Shown: positions 38,898-51,409, counted from the whole stretch's first letter. The stretch is 58,642 nt of DNA, filler included, from Sphacelaria rigidula (GCA_964200075.2; 4 parts of 4 records of this genome joined end to end with filler, not necessarily neighbours in it); one strand, 5' to 3'. Program-made: numbers and translations. Notes: generated by a model not told the origin, from the letters alone.

Positions 38898-40648
38898 TTA
38901 TAAGGCTCTAAACCCAGCGCCGTACCAACTGTATGCAGCAGCATACAGCACATGTACAGCACTGTACTGTTGTACATGTACACACATCAGGAGCATGGAT
39001 CGGCGCTATTGGATACATCATTTTTTCAGTACCCGTTGATCACTTCAATCCTCGTGACACATTTTTCATGGAGGCCTTGCCCGCAGCTACCATATTAATA
39101 GTTGGTCGAAAATGACTCTCTGATTCTTCCTTGTTGCTATGGCATATCGATCAATTCTCCACCAATACATGGGGGTGTGGTAGTTGCGCGTGTAGGACGT
39201 GATATGACAGTGCCTATTCGTATGGACATGCTCTGCAAAACAGTTATCATACCACTCGTCCGACACTTGCGGGATGGTAAGTCATGATTTGCTTCGTATA
39301 CGTATCAATCGAATCATGGCGAATACCTAGGGATGACCTACCTGGTGCACAGCTGTGTTCTCTGGACATTCCAACCGCCAACAGGCGTAAACTGTGCGGA
39401 CAGCGCGGATACATGTGCTGGCTTGTTCAGTAACAGGAAACTTCAGCCTGTGCGACGGACTACTGCGATGTATGATTTGTAATGGATGTTGGGAGACTCG
39501 ACGCTCCCTCATCGGTCAAGCACATCTCAAATGCACAACACACCTGTATATTATACAGAGTGATAGGGTTATGGTGATGAACCTACAGATTCTGCACGTC
39601 TTGATCTGAGAATGTAGCTCTTTTATCTGAAAGTAGCCAAGATGAGAAACATGGATCTGTGCCGGGAATCGTCGTTGTGGATACTGCATCTACACGTGGC
39701 TCCGACTGAATCTTGATGCGGCGGTGCTGCTGCGTCTTCAAAATTTCATTTTCCCCCAAATACGAATAGAGGAATAGTGCAGGGCGCCTGCTCCTGAACC
39801 CCATAGCGTATGGGTGTAGTGTCATCTGATGTGTTTTTGTTGTACCCGACTCCAAGCTTGCGGTGGCTCTTTAATACATATAAAGCAAACAACAGCGTCT
39901 TCAGAATTCCAAAATAATACATCATCATGTTGTCTGTTTTTCTCGGCGTGATTTTACTCGGGAATTATAGACGACGGTTTCGCAATACCACCAGTTGTTT
40001 TCCACGCTACCAATGCCGCATCATGTATGTATACTCCCTGTTGTGTTGAAAGCCCTTGGGCACTGAAGTACACCGCGTCTGTAGATTGGGGCGGGTGATG
40101 CATCTCTTGGTCTTGATTGATGTCTTGAGCTACACTACTGGTTACCACGGTTAAACAATCCGATTGATTTATCTTGATGAGTAATGCCAATCAATATCAT
40201 CACGCTCGGAGAGTCGTAACATGTAGATTCACCTGAGGTTCTGGCAGATTGTAGGTGGTCAAGCGTGATTAACTCGACTGCGTGAATATATGTACATCTC
40301 CACGCACGGCTCCGTCAGACCAAGCAGAAGTCACAATGGCAGTGTCCACCCCATGAAGCTGATTTGGGCCACGTAAGAGCCATGCCACGGTAGGTGTTGA
40401 AATTTTGGGCCCAGCTGTTTCTCGTTGAGGGGTTCCTAAATTTCAGTGCCACACACGGGAACATAGCTAAGGACACGCATTCCAGTTTTGAGTAGCCCAT
40501 TGGAATGGCGATCGTGGCGTGCTCGTACAAGTTTCATAAGTCGTTTCTTGGATGAGATGGCGGGCTTCCAACAGTGTAAAACTGACAACGATTTTAAGCA
40601 CCCCTGCCGTAGCACCACTCATAAGGTGTCTGAGGCCAAATGAATAAT

Positions 40649-40899
40649 GACACTTTCTACGATAGCCCCCCACAAAAAAGTGCATGATTTTGGGAGCCAA
40701 AATCTTCACGTAAATCGAAGTGGGGAAAGTCGAGCACAACGCGCAGCTGGGAATTCCTACGCTTGGAGTCGTTCTCGCCAATGTTGCTAATATGAGGCGC
40801 CTCATGCAGCCTGAACCCAAACATCAGGGCGCTGTATGGCCCTTTTTTCGTGACACTTTTTAGCTGGTTTTGGGGGGGGGGGCTATCGTAGAAAGTGTC
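40649..40899. mobile_element. MITE with ~22-bp TIRs and 4-bp TAAT TSD
   Basis: taat|gacactttctacgatagccccc ... gggggctatcgtagaaagtgtc|taat. Confidence 0.8.
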
Positions 40900-42026
40900 T
40901 AATATCTGTTTCACTAAGGGTCTGTTGAAAATCGATTTCGAGACACGTAGACTCCAAGAAAAACCTTTGAGTTTTTGAGGGGAGAGGGGGGGCACCCAGT
41001 CTGCTGTCCCCTGGTTTCTCACCGAGGCGTAGGCGGATACGGGCAGTATCGATGTACAGAGATCCTTAGCATGGAGACCGCTGAGATGGCGGGCACGCCG
41101 CACCCCCCCCAAGTTCATCACTTACCATGAGTACATTTATGGGATCATAACCCGTGTCGTGTGCCTCGAGTACTCACGAGCAGCCCTGACAAGTTTGGCG
41201 AGGGGTGAGATAATGTTGCGACTTTGACCGCAGGCTGTCGGTACGGTGCGCTCGTGTGCATACATGTGTGTAAGCGTGGCCGACATCCGAGCTCATGAGG
41301 ATAGAGCGGGCAAGGAGCAGAAACAAATACACGAACTTCGCAAAGCCCACCAGACTTTTCGAGTGTTTTCAGTGTTTCTCGATCAAATCCTTCCACAAAA
41401 TCTTGATATTTTTCGAAGAGTCGCCCTCCGGGAGGAGAGGAGGGAGGGGGGCTTCGTGTCCGAAAACCAACTCGCGATAGACCCTTGGTTTTATAGTTGG
41501 TTTACCCCCCCTCCGTCCCTCTGCTAGTCTAAAAACATCATGTTGCATAATAGCCGAAAAACACTTGATACTTCTTCCCCTCTGCACACAACAACTGCAT
41601 CAGCTGCATTGCAAGAATGGTTCAAGGTACCGAGATAACTCGTGAGGTGAGCTGGCCTTTTCCCGCGTCAATTATGTAGGATGTGGCATGGTCTCCAGGC
41701 AACCCCAGGCTCAGTCGTCTCACTCTCGTTTTACCTCCCCTCAATATAATATGTCCGATCTGATCCCTGGTCAACAGGCACGAACCAATCTCTCCGAAAT
41801 ATCGTACATCCTTGCTGAGTCCGTTAAGGTGTTTGTATAACCTCCACGGCCAGAGATAATCCTAATCCTTGAGAACGGTAGCATCTTCGACAGCACTATT
41901 TTAAAGGGTAACGTCACCTTTTTAAAACAAGGCAACACCAGATTTGACATGATGATTGCGTGGCGAGTTCGATCAATGCCCTCGGCATAATACTCCTATA
42001 ACACAAACAAGTGTGCTCATGATTTA

Positions 42027-42230
42027 ATGCGTGAGAGGACCGCGTGCTTAGAGGACCGCATTGCAATTTGAACATACCTATGGTTAGGGTTAGGGCTAGG
42101 GTTAGTGTTGAGGTTGGGATCAGGGGCGTGGTCCCTGCAGGAACTGGCTCGATTGGTTTTGGGAAACGTCGATCGTGATTTTTTTTCGAGCCACGGCGCG
42201 GTCCTCTAAGCACGCGGTCCTCTCACGCAT
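42027..42230. mobile_element. MITE with 33-bp TIRs and internal degenerate TTAGGG run
   Basis: atgcgtgagaggaccgcgtgcttagaggaccgc ... gcggtcctctaagcacgcggtcctctcacgcat; ggttagggttagggctagggttag at ~42082-42105. Confidence 0.8.
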
Positions 42231-43529
42231 GACATACGTACTAAGGGAATTGAAACAACCCACCGCGCCTCACTCGTTTCATATGTTCCCAGTACGCATC
42301 ATGTCAATTGTGGCGTTGTCTCGATTGAAAAAAGGTGACGTTTCTCTTCGAAGTACTGCAGTGTCGTCGAAGGTGCTGCCATTCCTGGGGATTAGAATCA
42401 TTCCTTGCTCCTGCGGTACAGCAAACCTTACTTGCAGATATGGCTTCGTGTAGGCCGATCAAGTGAATCTTTCACAGACGTGCAGCACACCCCAATGATA
42501 AAACATAAAGGAATGTCGTAAAATGTTGACTCCTGGCTCGTGGAAATTTGCAAGCTAAGTTACAGCTGATACGAGCGACGAATGGAGAGCGCGTGAAAAG
42601 CTCGATGTTCATGCCACAATGGAGCTTTGAAGACGCGTACACATACATACATGATCAAGGGCAATGTAGATGACCTCATCCCCACCGCCCTCCCCCATCG
42701 CCGCCATGCGACAGGAATAATGGGTCGACAGCGACGCTAGAAAGCAGGGAGTAAAAAGAAAACATTACTCGAATGACACCATGACTGTCATCATGTGTAC
42801 TTTAACAATTCACATTGCGAAATAATGTTGTCACGGTGAAAATTCACCTACAATAGTATAATAAGTATTGGAGTAAAGTATTGCACCGCACTAACTCTCA
42901 CGATCAACATATTGTGCTTGCACACTCCTATATGGAGGGTAGGAACAGAGATTTTGAATTATGTATGCCGGAACCATTTCCTATTCCAGTCAATCCGTGA
43001 AGACTCTTCTCTCGCACGGTACTACACCTGTAACACTCCGTGGTAGAGTACATGCCATCGCTCTAGATAGCTAGCCACAACATAAAAAGTTTACGATACA
43101 CATAAGTTTGCCGTATGCTCAGATGCCAAACAAATTTCAGACATCTGGGTGACTGACAATCACAAATCTTTATCAATGGGGAGGAGAGAGGGGCGGGAGA
43201 TATGCCATCCCCTGGGCAATACGAGACTTTCGATTATCGCAATTGATCCAACATAGGCTTCAAACTTCCGCTGTCACTCTGCTTTCCCGGATTTCGCGGA
43301 GAAATCGAGCGCTCAGTACAGTTTTACCCACCGGGGGGCAAACCTTGGGATGCACTGTGGCGATTTTAGGAACACTAACAACGTGGTTTCCAGAACGTCG
43401 TGGGTGATTTATGGAGCGTTTTCGATGCCCAAGTTCCCGTATATCTATGGCCACCATGATTGACTATCTTGACGTTGTACAAATGTATCAAACACAAAAA
43501 ACCCTGCTGTCAGCAGTATCGATGAGTCC

Positions 43530-43769
43530 TCATCCAATCGCCGTGGCCGCTGCTCGCCATGACCCCCCGTCGCTGGAAGAAGACACAGAAGAAGGAGGAC
43601 GAGGAGGAGAAGAAGAAGAAAACGAAGAAGAAGATGATGATGAAGAAGAAAACCAACCATCGTACAGTGACATCCATGCCATCGCTTCCACTTCCTGAGC
43701 AACTTCCCCTGCTGCCGCTCTTAGCGACTCCGAATCGGCCTCTAGCATGAGCACCACTGGTATTCGAAC
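43530..43769 (-). CDS. Last exon of a gene, probably the end of a PA (protease-associated) domain plus Ser-rich tail
   Basis: Acceptor tgatccag| after a poly-C tract, then VRIPVVLMLEADSESLR...SSSS...AIG*. The IP-V-V-x-x pattern matches the final strand of PA domains. The rest of the gene is beyond the scaffold end. Confidence 0.5.
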   Translation of the reverse strand, partial: VRIPVVLMLEADSESLRAAAGEVAQEVEAMAWMSLYDGWFSSSSSSSSSFSSSSPPRPPSSVSSSSDGGSWRAAATAIG

Positions 43770-43959
43770 CTGGATCAGGTAGGCGACAGAACGACAGCAA
43801 TTGCGTCAAACGAGGGTGTACGGGGGGGCGGAGGAGGAGGTGTGTGCGTGGTATGGTTTGTGGGGATGAGGGGGGGGGGGGGGGGGGGGGGCCGCGATCT
43901 GCCGGGCCCATCCGCCGCGGGGTGGGGGGGGGGCGCGGTGTGAACATGGGGGGGGGGAG

Positions 43960-44059
43960 NNNNNNNNNNNNNNNNNNNNNNNNNNNNNNNNNNNNNNNNN
44001 NNNTTAATTAATTAANNNNNNNNNNNNNNNNNNNNNNNNNNNNNNNNNNNNNNNNNNNN
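43960..44059. other. Artificial scaffold-joining linker
   Basis: 44 N + TTAATTAATTAA + 44 N. Confidence 0.97.
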
Positions 44060-44512
44060 TGTGACGTTACGCAGTGAGATCGAGGGAAAAATCCGCAACA
44101 TCTGGGCGAACTGCAGGTGAGGCAATCGCCAAAATATTCACCTGCAAACTCTGCTCCAGAGCCCTGTAAGATGATGTCGCTAGGACACTACTGTGCAAAT
44201 AACCACGTAGCCGGCTGCCAGAGTGTCCAGACGTAGGATCCGCAAGCATTGCTACCGTCTGTACGGGGATGCAGCCCCCTTCTCGGGTACGTGGGGAAGG
44301 TTCCGTGGCAGAACGCAGTGGTTGCGTCAAGCAGCTGCACGCTGGGCGTTACCACTCAAGACTCCGATTTGGAGGATGGTACAACCGAGGCAGCAGCAAC
44401 TGTTGTGTGTCCAGGTGCCCCTTGGAGCAAATGCGTTTGGTGTCTTTGACATCGTTTTCCCCGAAAAACCGACATCATTAAGGGTTTTAGAGTGGGGAAT
44501 ATGGCAGAATAA

Positions 44513-44566
44513 GTCGCAAAAATCGAGTCGCAAAAATCGAGTCGCAAAAATCGAGTCGCAAAAACC
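44513..44566. repeat. 14-bp tandem repeat (GTCGCAAAAATCGA), ~4 copies
   Basis: Directly visible. Confidence 0.85.
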
Positions 44567-46260
44567 GATTAGTCGAGTTTTTACCCGGAGCAGAAACCAA
44601 ATTCACCAAGTGAGATTGAAACGATTCAAGTTGGTCCGCATGAGTACGGCGCGAATATGTGCAATTGTGTTATGTCCGTGAGGGACCATCTCACGCACTA
44701 TGCACTAGACCACCTTCAAACAAATCACCAATCGCAGCTGTTGCCACCTGGCGGCGTTCCATAGTGAGCACACGGAACCTTAACAGAGCACAGAAATTGT
44801 CACCTATCACCATAAATTCGCACCCAGACTTCGGCCTTGAACACAGCTTTCCAGCCGTGTCGCCCGTTGGCCACTGCCTCTTCTTTGGGGGGGGGGAAGC
44901 GTCTGCAATGCGAACTGGGACATGATTGGGGCTGCTTGCAGCCGAAACACTATACAACAGCTCTCCCACGCAGAACATGCTGACGTACCCTCGTTCGTTT
45001 TTCTTTGCAAAACACTGAGACCTCCTACCGGATTTCCTGCCACATCCACCTTTTCAGATCTGCAGCAGCTACAACTACACACTCAAGGCAAACTTCACTG
45101 AACAGGCACTAGTCATGGCCTCAGCAAAAATGTGCAGAAGATACCAACACGGTACTCCACGTAGTCTCTACACCTTTTGCCGCAGGGAGTGTCCGATACT
45201 CCCTCAAGTCGACCTCTGATGTGAGGTCGTCGACATAAAAATGGACGTGACAAACCAAAATTAAAAAAGAGCGACAAAGGGCGCCCAGATGATCGAAGGC
45301 CATGGCAGCCACCGTCTGTTTGGTTGAGGAAATAGGTGGAGTTCGCCAGCCCGTCACTAGTGTTGCCATACCAACTGCATCGTCGATCTCCAGGCTGCTG
45401 GGGTGTGGCGCGACGCTCGGCCTAGGTATCTCGCTTCGAGATTGACCAATCGTTAGCATTTAACGGGGCAATAAAGAGGGCGGCAGGTAGGTCGTGACAT
45501 CAATGTTGATAGGTAGCCCTTATGGTATACCCAAGCACCAAAAGCGCGCACTGTCTGTACCCACGTAGAATCTTGGGCACCTCCATAGCTATGAGCGGGA
45601 AAATGCAGACGCATCTTCTCTCTGAATGAAACGCAAGCGGCGTGTGATGCGACAAGGCTAGGTCTTCACAAGCGTACATGGGTTCTCCATACGCAATAAT
45701 ATGTTGGTGAGATCAAGTGTTGAGCGTTTATTTATAGTGAGTTTAAGTATTTGCCCCAACTCGACCAATTTTCCGTTTTGTGTGTGCTTGTCTTCGGCTG
45801 TAAGACTATAGTGTGCCTACAGCTACGCGTCGATATGCTACTAAGGGATATCAAAGGAGTGGCAAGCTACCACAGGAAGCGTATTGAGCCTCGCATAAGG
45901 CCCAGATGAGCATTATTTCGGAGCTGAAACTATTTCACCCATCGTTTGACCACTTCTCACCCTCAATCGTATACTTCCAATAGCACGACAACATTGTTCA
46001 GCGTACATGAGTGTGAATGCCGTGGTATCCGATCGCGTCAAAGCTTTCATCTCCGCATCATAGGTTTCACCCTTGGCGGAGCTAGATACCTGGACAAAAC
46101 TGCGAATACAACAAGTCGAGAGAATATCAAAAAGAACTCCTCAGGGTGGTTGGAGGAACGTGACGAGCTGTTGTGATCTCCCCCATCCCTCACCGATCAG
46201 GGGCATTCCACCTTTCCCATTCAGGGTTACGGCCTGTGAGCATATCTCCTCATGCGGAGA

Positions 46261-46827
46261 CTTCACGCTTCAACGACAGGTGGCCGGCAGGCAATGCGGG
46301 CGCATAGGACGCACGTCACCGCGACATGCTCCAAGGAAAGCACCACCTTGACACGGGGGCCGCTCGCATGATAAATCGCCTCCAGCGCAGCAGGCCACCG
46401 GTGTTCGGGCGAGTCGTTCTGTACAACCACGATGCAGATGAAGCACCTGGACCAGCACCTAGATAGCCCCATCACGACGATGATATCCTTACCGCAGTAA
46501 ACCTACTCGACGATGGCGACAGTGACGCCACCACTACCACCCGGCATAATGCTTAGGCCGGGAGGTAGTGGTGGCGTCACTGTCGCCATCAACGGATTGG
46601 GGTACTTAGGTAAGTATGCCGTCGGCATGATGGAGCAGTCTAGGTGCCTCGTCTGCGCCGTGTGTGCACAAGACGACTGGTCCGAACACTGGTGGCCTGC
46701 TGCGCTGGAGGCGATTTATCATGCGAGCGGACCCCGTGTCACGGCGCTGCCTTCTCTGGAGCATGTCGCGGTGACGTGCGTCCTATGCGCCCGCATTGCC
46801 TGCCGGCCGCCTGTCGTTCCAGTGAAG
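46261..46827. repeat. Long inverted repeat / hairpin 1 (~270-nt arms); candidate small-RNA precursor
   Basis: Perfectly complementary blocks of 52 bp (46282-46333/46757-46808), 40 bp (46360-46399/46691-46730) and 27 bp (46512-46538/46564-46590). Confidence 0.9.
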
Positions 46828-47277
46828 GCCGGGTGATACCGGTGACATCACCGTGACCGTCATCAAGTAGGGGTCCTGCGGTAAGGATACCATCTGTGTG
46901 ATGTGGGGCTGTCTAGATACGTGTCAGCCTTCCGCAAGGCCAGGCCGAGTACGTGACGTAGGTGATTCTCTCAGCCCCGCATTGGACTGGGTCACCACCA
47001 CCTCGCTGATCGACAACGTGGCATACGCGGGTCGCATCATGAAGAATGCTGAAATTCCAGTAGGGTCACCTGCTTAGGTCGGCGATGTTAGTGTAGCACC
47101 TCGCGGTAACGCTTTTCCTCATCTATGTGGCGTGACATTCTCACCTCACAAACATCGTCGACCAACCCAGGTAGTTAGTACGGGGGCGGGAAGGGGGGTT
47201 CACTAGTGTAGTGGGGTCGGGTCAGGTCGGGTCCGGTGGAGAAAATTGATTCGTTTTCGGACTGATTTTGCGTGTGA

Positions 47278-47818
47278 CCCGTTTCCTTCCTGTGGGCCGT
47301 ATTTGGTCTCCAAATCGAAGTATTCGTCGCGGAGGTGACAATTTTCTCATTCTGGGCTCGTTGCGTTGTCCTCGAGCGATGTCATGTCTGCCTTGCCAGC
47401 AGATCGTGTCTCCTTCCTGTCGATGAGATGGCTGCTATCCAACAATTGATTCATGTTCAGCATGCTTTCGTCGCCAACCGATAGTTTGCCCCCAAGGCCG
47501 TCCTGGTTGTCGACGTCTCTGCATCCCCGTTTGTGGGCGTGCCTCACCGCCCCGCAAACGATGGCGCAGAGGCATCGACAACCAGGACGCCCTTGGAGGC
47601 AGACTGTCGGCTGACAGCATGCTGAACATGACGGATCAGCTGGTGGCTAGCAACCGCCTCATCGACAGGAACGAGACGAAACTATACGTGGTGAAGGCGG
47701 GCAAAATGTCGCCTGAAGACAACATGATAAGCCCAGAGGAAACAAGTCTTGACCTCCGCGATGAATGCGTTGTTATGGAGACAAAATACCACAAATTCCG
47801 CGACCAGTGGGAGATGGG
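47278..47818. repeat. Long diverged inverted repeat / hairpin 2 (~250-nt arms, ~8-nt loop)
   Basis: Arms pair around 47540-47547. The two arms translate to similar peptides on opposite strands (DNQD.LGG.LS..SMLNM..L..S..LIDR.ET). Confidence 0.85.
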
Positions 47819-48786
47819 CGGATTTCTGCGCCATTCGACGTCGCTACATACGTTGAATGATGGTAATGTGCGCGCCGCGACCTCTTCGGCTGCTCGTCCG
47901 AAGCAGCGTCTACTGCGGCGAGTTCGACCATGCAGTGTGTAGACCTCACTCTGCCTGAGACCGGTGGCTGGCGCATTCTTCCACACCCTGGCCGTTGTTG
48001 ACTTCTTGTCATCTCACAGACATTCTTGAAAGTGAGGTCAAATGATAACTCCGAATTATGGCTACACGTCGGTTTTCAGCACACCTCCTCGAATATGAGC
48101 ATGGACAAGCAGAGGGAGTAAAATATGAGCGACCATGCAGACCAGACTGCTGGCACTCCTATAGACAGTACAATCAAGTGTACTGCAGTAGAGGACAGTA
48201 CAGTACTCTGTATAAAAATCAACAGCACGACGTTGTAACATTAATCTCATGTATATGTGATTCTGCTTGTACTTATGTCCCGTCCTGCTCTACAGTCAAC
48301 TTGACTGCACTGTCTACAGTGTTCGCGGTAGCCTGAAGAACAAGCACGACAACGAGAGATGCCCTACTTGATATTGTTAACGAACAATAGATTGTGCCGC
48401 GTACAAAGTGGTGCGAAGCATACTTATATATTGAACTGCTCGTACTCCTGTCCTGTCCTGTATAGAAGCTGCACGGTCTGTTCAGTAGTTATTTCGGTGG
48501 TGTGCGGTGCCCAAAACGCACACTTGCTTCTGAGAACATCAAGAAAACATTATATCAAAAACAATAGATAAGTCGATTTCGTGTGTGGGATAAGTAGACG
48601 CACGAATACGGGGTTTTCAAAACCTTGGACACAATTGTACGTAACGACCAGATATGCGTGGTAATGTACATACTCGTGATGTATCGGTATTCACTTCGGG
48701 TAAATTGGGTAAAACCTCGAAAACTTTACCCAAAATTTGAGTAGGTTGGGTACGACCTAAAACACTCGACGTAAGTTTTGGGTAAG

Positions 48787-49155
48787 CGTGTGTTTGTTGT
48801 GTCGCCATCTCATCCGTTCTGGACGCCAGTCCACACCTTCCGGTGTATGGTCGGCGCATCAGCCGGGGTCACACAGGAGGAAGGTCAGCTCAGGAGTTTT
48901 CTTCGTTTTATTTTGTTCTAGTACTCCACTTTCCTCCTGCGGTGCTTGCCTTCTTCTCTATCGCGAGATCGGTTCAGCAGCCTCCTTCTTTCGTCGACCA
49001 TGAAATCGAATTTTGTAAACCCACGACATAGTCGGCCTCCCCTGTTGGGCATGGTGTGAGAAAAAATCTCAGATCGTGTGACTTCGCTGAACTTAGAACC
49101 CACGACTCAACCGTCAGTGGGATTCGAGGTTATCAACTGAGCCACCGGGGCGACC
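48787..49155 (-). mobile_element. tRNA-derived SINE, family A (copy 3), inserted in a GGGTA-motif element (~48650-49453)
   Basis: Same head, body and tail as copies 1 and 2. Flanked on both sides by GGGTA/TACCC-rich sequence ending in ...cgacacgcccttg. Confidence 0.75.
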
Positions 49156-51409
49156 GGTCCTCTCAGCAATGACCAGGAATAGAGTATCACTTCGGTACGA
49201 GCTTCGAGCAATACTCTACCAAAGTTTGGGTAGTACTCTCAGCAATACCCGGGTGTAGACAATCACATAGGTATGACCTAAATGGTCAACTCAACTTTTG
49301 GGCAATTTGGGTACACGATATCAAATACTCCACCAAAATTTCGTGAGACTGGGTATGATTTCAGTACTCTACTCTACCCAAAGCTTTTAGTACTAAGGAC
49401 ACGCATTTTCAGAATACCCGGGTATCCGATATACCCTACCCGACACGCCCTTGGGTATTCCATATTCTTGGGGTTCACTAGACTCGGGTAGAATTTCCGC
49501 CAGGTCCACGGTAGACGGTCAATTTCGGATTGTGGTCATGAGGATGGTGCGTCGACCCGCGTGCCGTTCTCATGTTCGAGATCTGCACATGAAAAAAGGT
49601 ACCATTGACCCCTCGACCGCCAGGGGTGGGGGCCTGATGAATCTGCATCAATTTCGTTTGAAAAATCAACGTGAAAATAAAAAGATTGCCAAGGCTGGCG
49701 GTCAAGAGGTCTACATATGCCTTGCGCGTTCCGGGCCCACAGAACCCTCTTTTGGGACCGGGCCTCCAGAACGACCAATGAGGCTGATCAGGAGTGATGT
49801 GTCTGGCGTCTGCACGAAACAGTGCCGTGTTGCTAAAAATCCGATCATGTAACCGCAGGGTTATGATGAACACCGAAAGTTTCATTCAACGTATTTTCAG
49901 GTGCAGGGTGCGCATTAGGTGGTGTGCATCTGATGTAGCAAGCGGCATGTGTCGCGGTAGAGAGCTTCCAACAGGATGCGGCGACTGGCGGGCCGTCTGG
50001 CACTTGTGGCTTTGGATGATACCTTTGTCCCTACCACCCTGCCACACAGCCCTTTGTGATCGGGGTGGGTCGCCATTTCACCCCTTGTTACATGCGGCAG
50101 ATTTTCTTCCAAGGGTATCAGCGTTGCGGCGCACATATATACAACGACATAGTACAGTACAGTTTAGTGCGCCTCCCCGACTGAATCAGCAGCTGCCGCT
50201 GCATACTCTCTCGCACATTTTGGGCAATTCTCAGCTACTGAAATCAGCTGCCTATATACAGCTTTGTCATCCCCGTCCACTATGTACATGTGGACTGCAT
50301 ACTGCAAGTCATCGGCACAGGAATACGCAGAATTCATTACGGTAGCTCCTCTTGTCTTTCCACAGTCCACCTGGATTTTGTGCTTCGTGGAAATGACCAC
50401 ATGGCATGTACACTCCTTCCCGGTTTTTTACCTTCCGCCCTGTGTTGGTGTAAATTACTACGTTTTAGTACAGAATTGGGACCCAAAAACACTCCGAAAA
50501 AAACTCGGGAACGGTATACTGAGTGCAAGTAATACCAGAAAACCAAGCTGCGACTACCGTGCACTTTGAAACCTGGGGAGGCTTATCCGGGTCAGGGATA
50601 GGCCCCCCACACGATATTTGCAGTGGCATCACACTCGGCAACGATCCCCGCGCTGGTCTTTCGGGTCTGGTCGATAAATTTCGACTCGCCGTGATTGGGC
50701 AGGTCGCCTGAATACTTATTTCTTATTATTCCACCAACACATGGCCAACCCTGTGTTAGTGGAGGTCCGGTCCCGAAAGGGTCAAAAGTCGTATTTTCCA
50801 GTCGTAGTCTGGCACCGCTATCTCGTGACGCTCATCAACGCAATCGAAATCTGAGCTCAATCTAGCTGTAGGACTTGTTTATATTCTGTCTTCCTTGTCT
50901 TCTTTCTCTTCGCCGAGTGCCGGGACGGTTGTGCTGAGCTGGGTGGTTGAAAAATAGAATGTACTTGCATTAAGGGGCAGTGTGCGGGAGTAAGACTTTG
51001 CACTTGCGTTCAGGGGGGGGTGTTAAGAAATGAAATTTTGGAGCCCATTCCCGTCAATGCTCCGTGAGGTATTGTTTTTTTGTACGAAGACATTGTGTGG
51101 ATCGCTGATACTGTCCACGATATTTGGTCTTACATGAAGCGTAGCGGTAGTTGCGTATCTCTTAGTTCTCTCCCGTGACCGTTCAGCACGACAGGTTGTT
51201 CTGGACTGTATTTCCCACAAGCGGCACCTCCAACACCATCTTCCGTCTATACTCCTAGCGCAAGCGGGTTTGCTCGTTTTTGGCTCAACCGCCGTCAGCG
51301 TCAGCCTTCGCCACCACGTCAAAAGCGTCCGAGGACACCTTCTAGTTTTTTCATGGTATTTCTTTCAACAACATAGGAAAATACAAACCGTGAAAAACGA
51401 TCTCATAAT

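Noticed and set aside
43411..43698. Acidic plus-strand ORF (poly-E/D)
   Set aside because: It is the antisense shadow of the Ser-rich minus-strand terminal exon.
46172..47150. Solo LTR (TGTGA...TCACA) enclosing hairpin 1
   Set aside because: The flanks (gctgt/aacat) give no target-site duplication, and no second LTR or PBS was found.
50164..50950. Multi-exon gene on the minus strand (also exon-like pieces at 44060-44415 and 55590-57230)
   Set aside because: Splice-like sites exist, but the frames contain stops or lack any recognisable motif, so no model can be supported.
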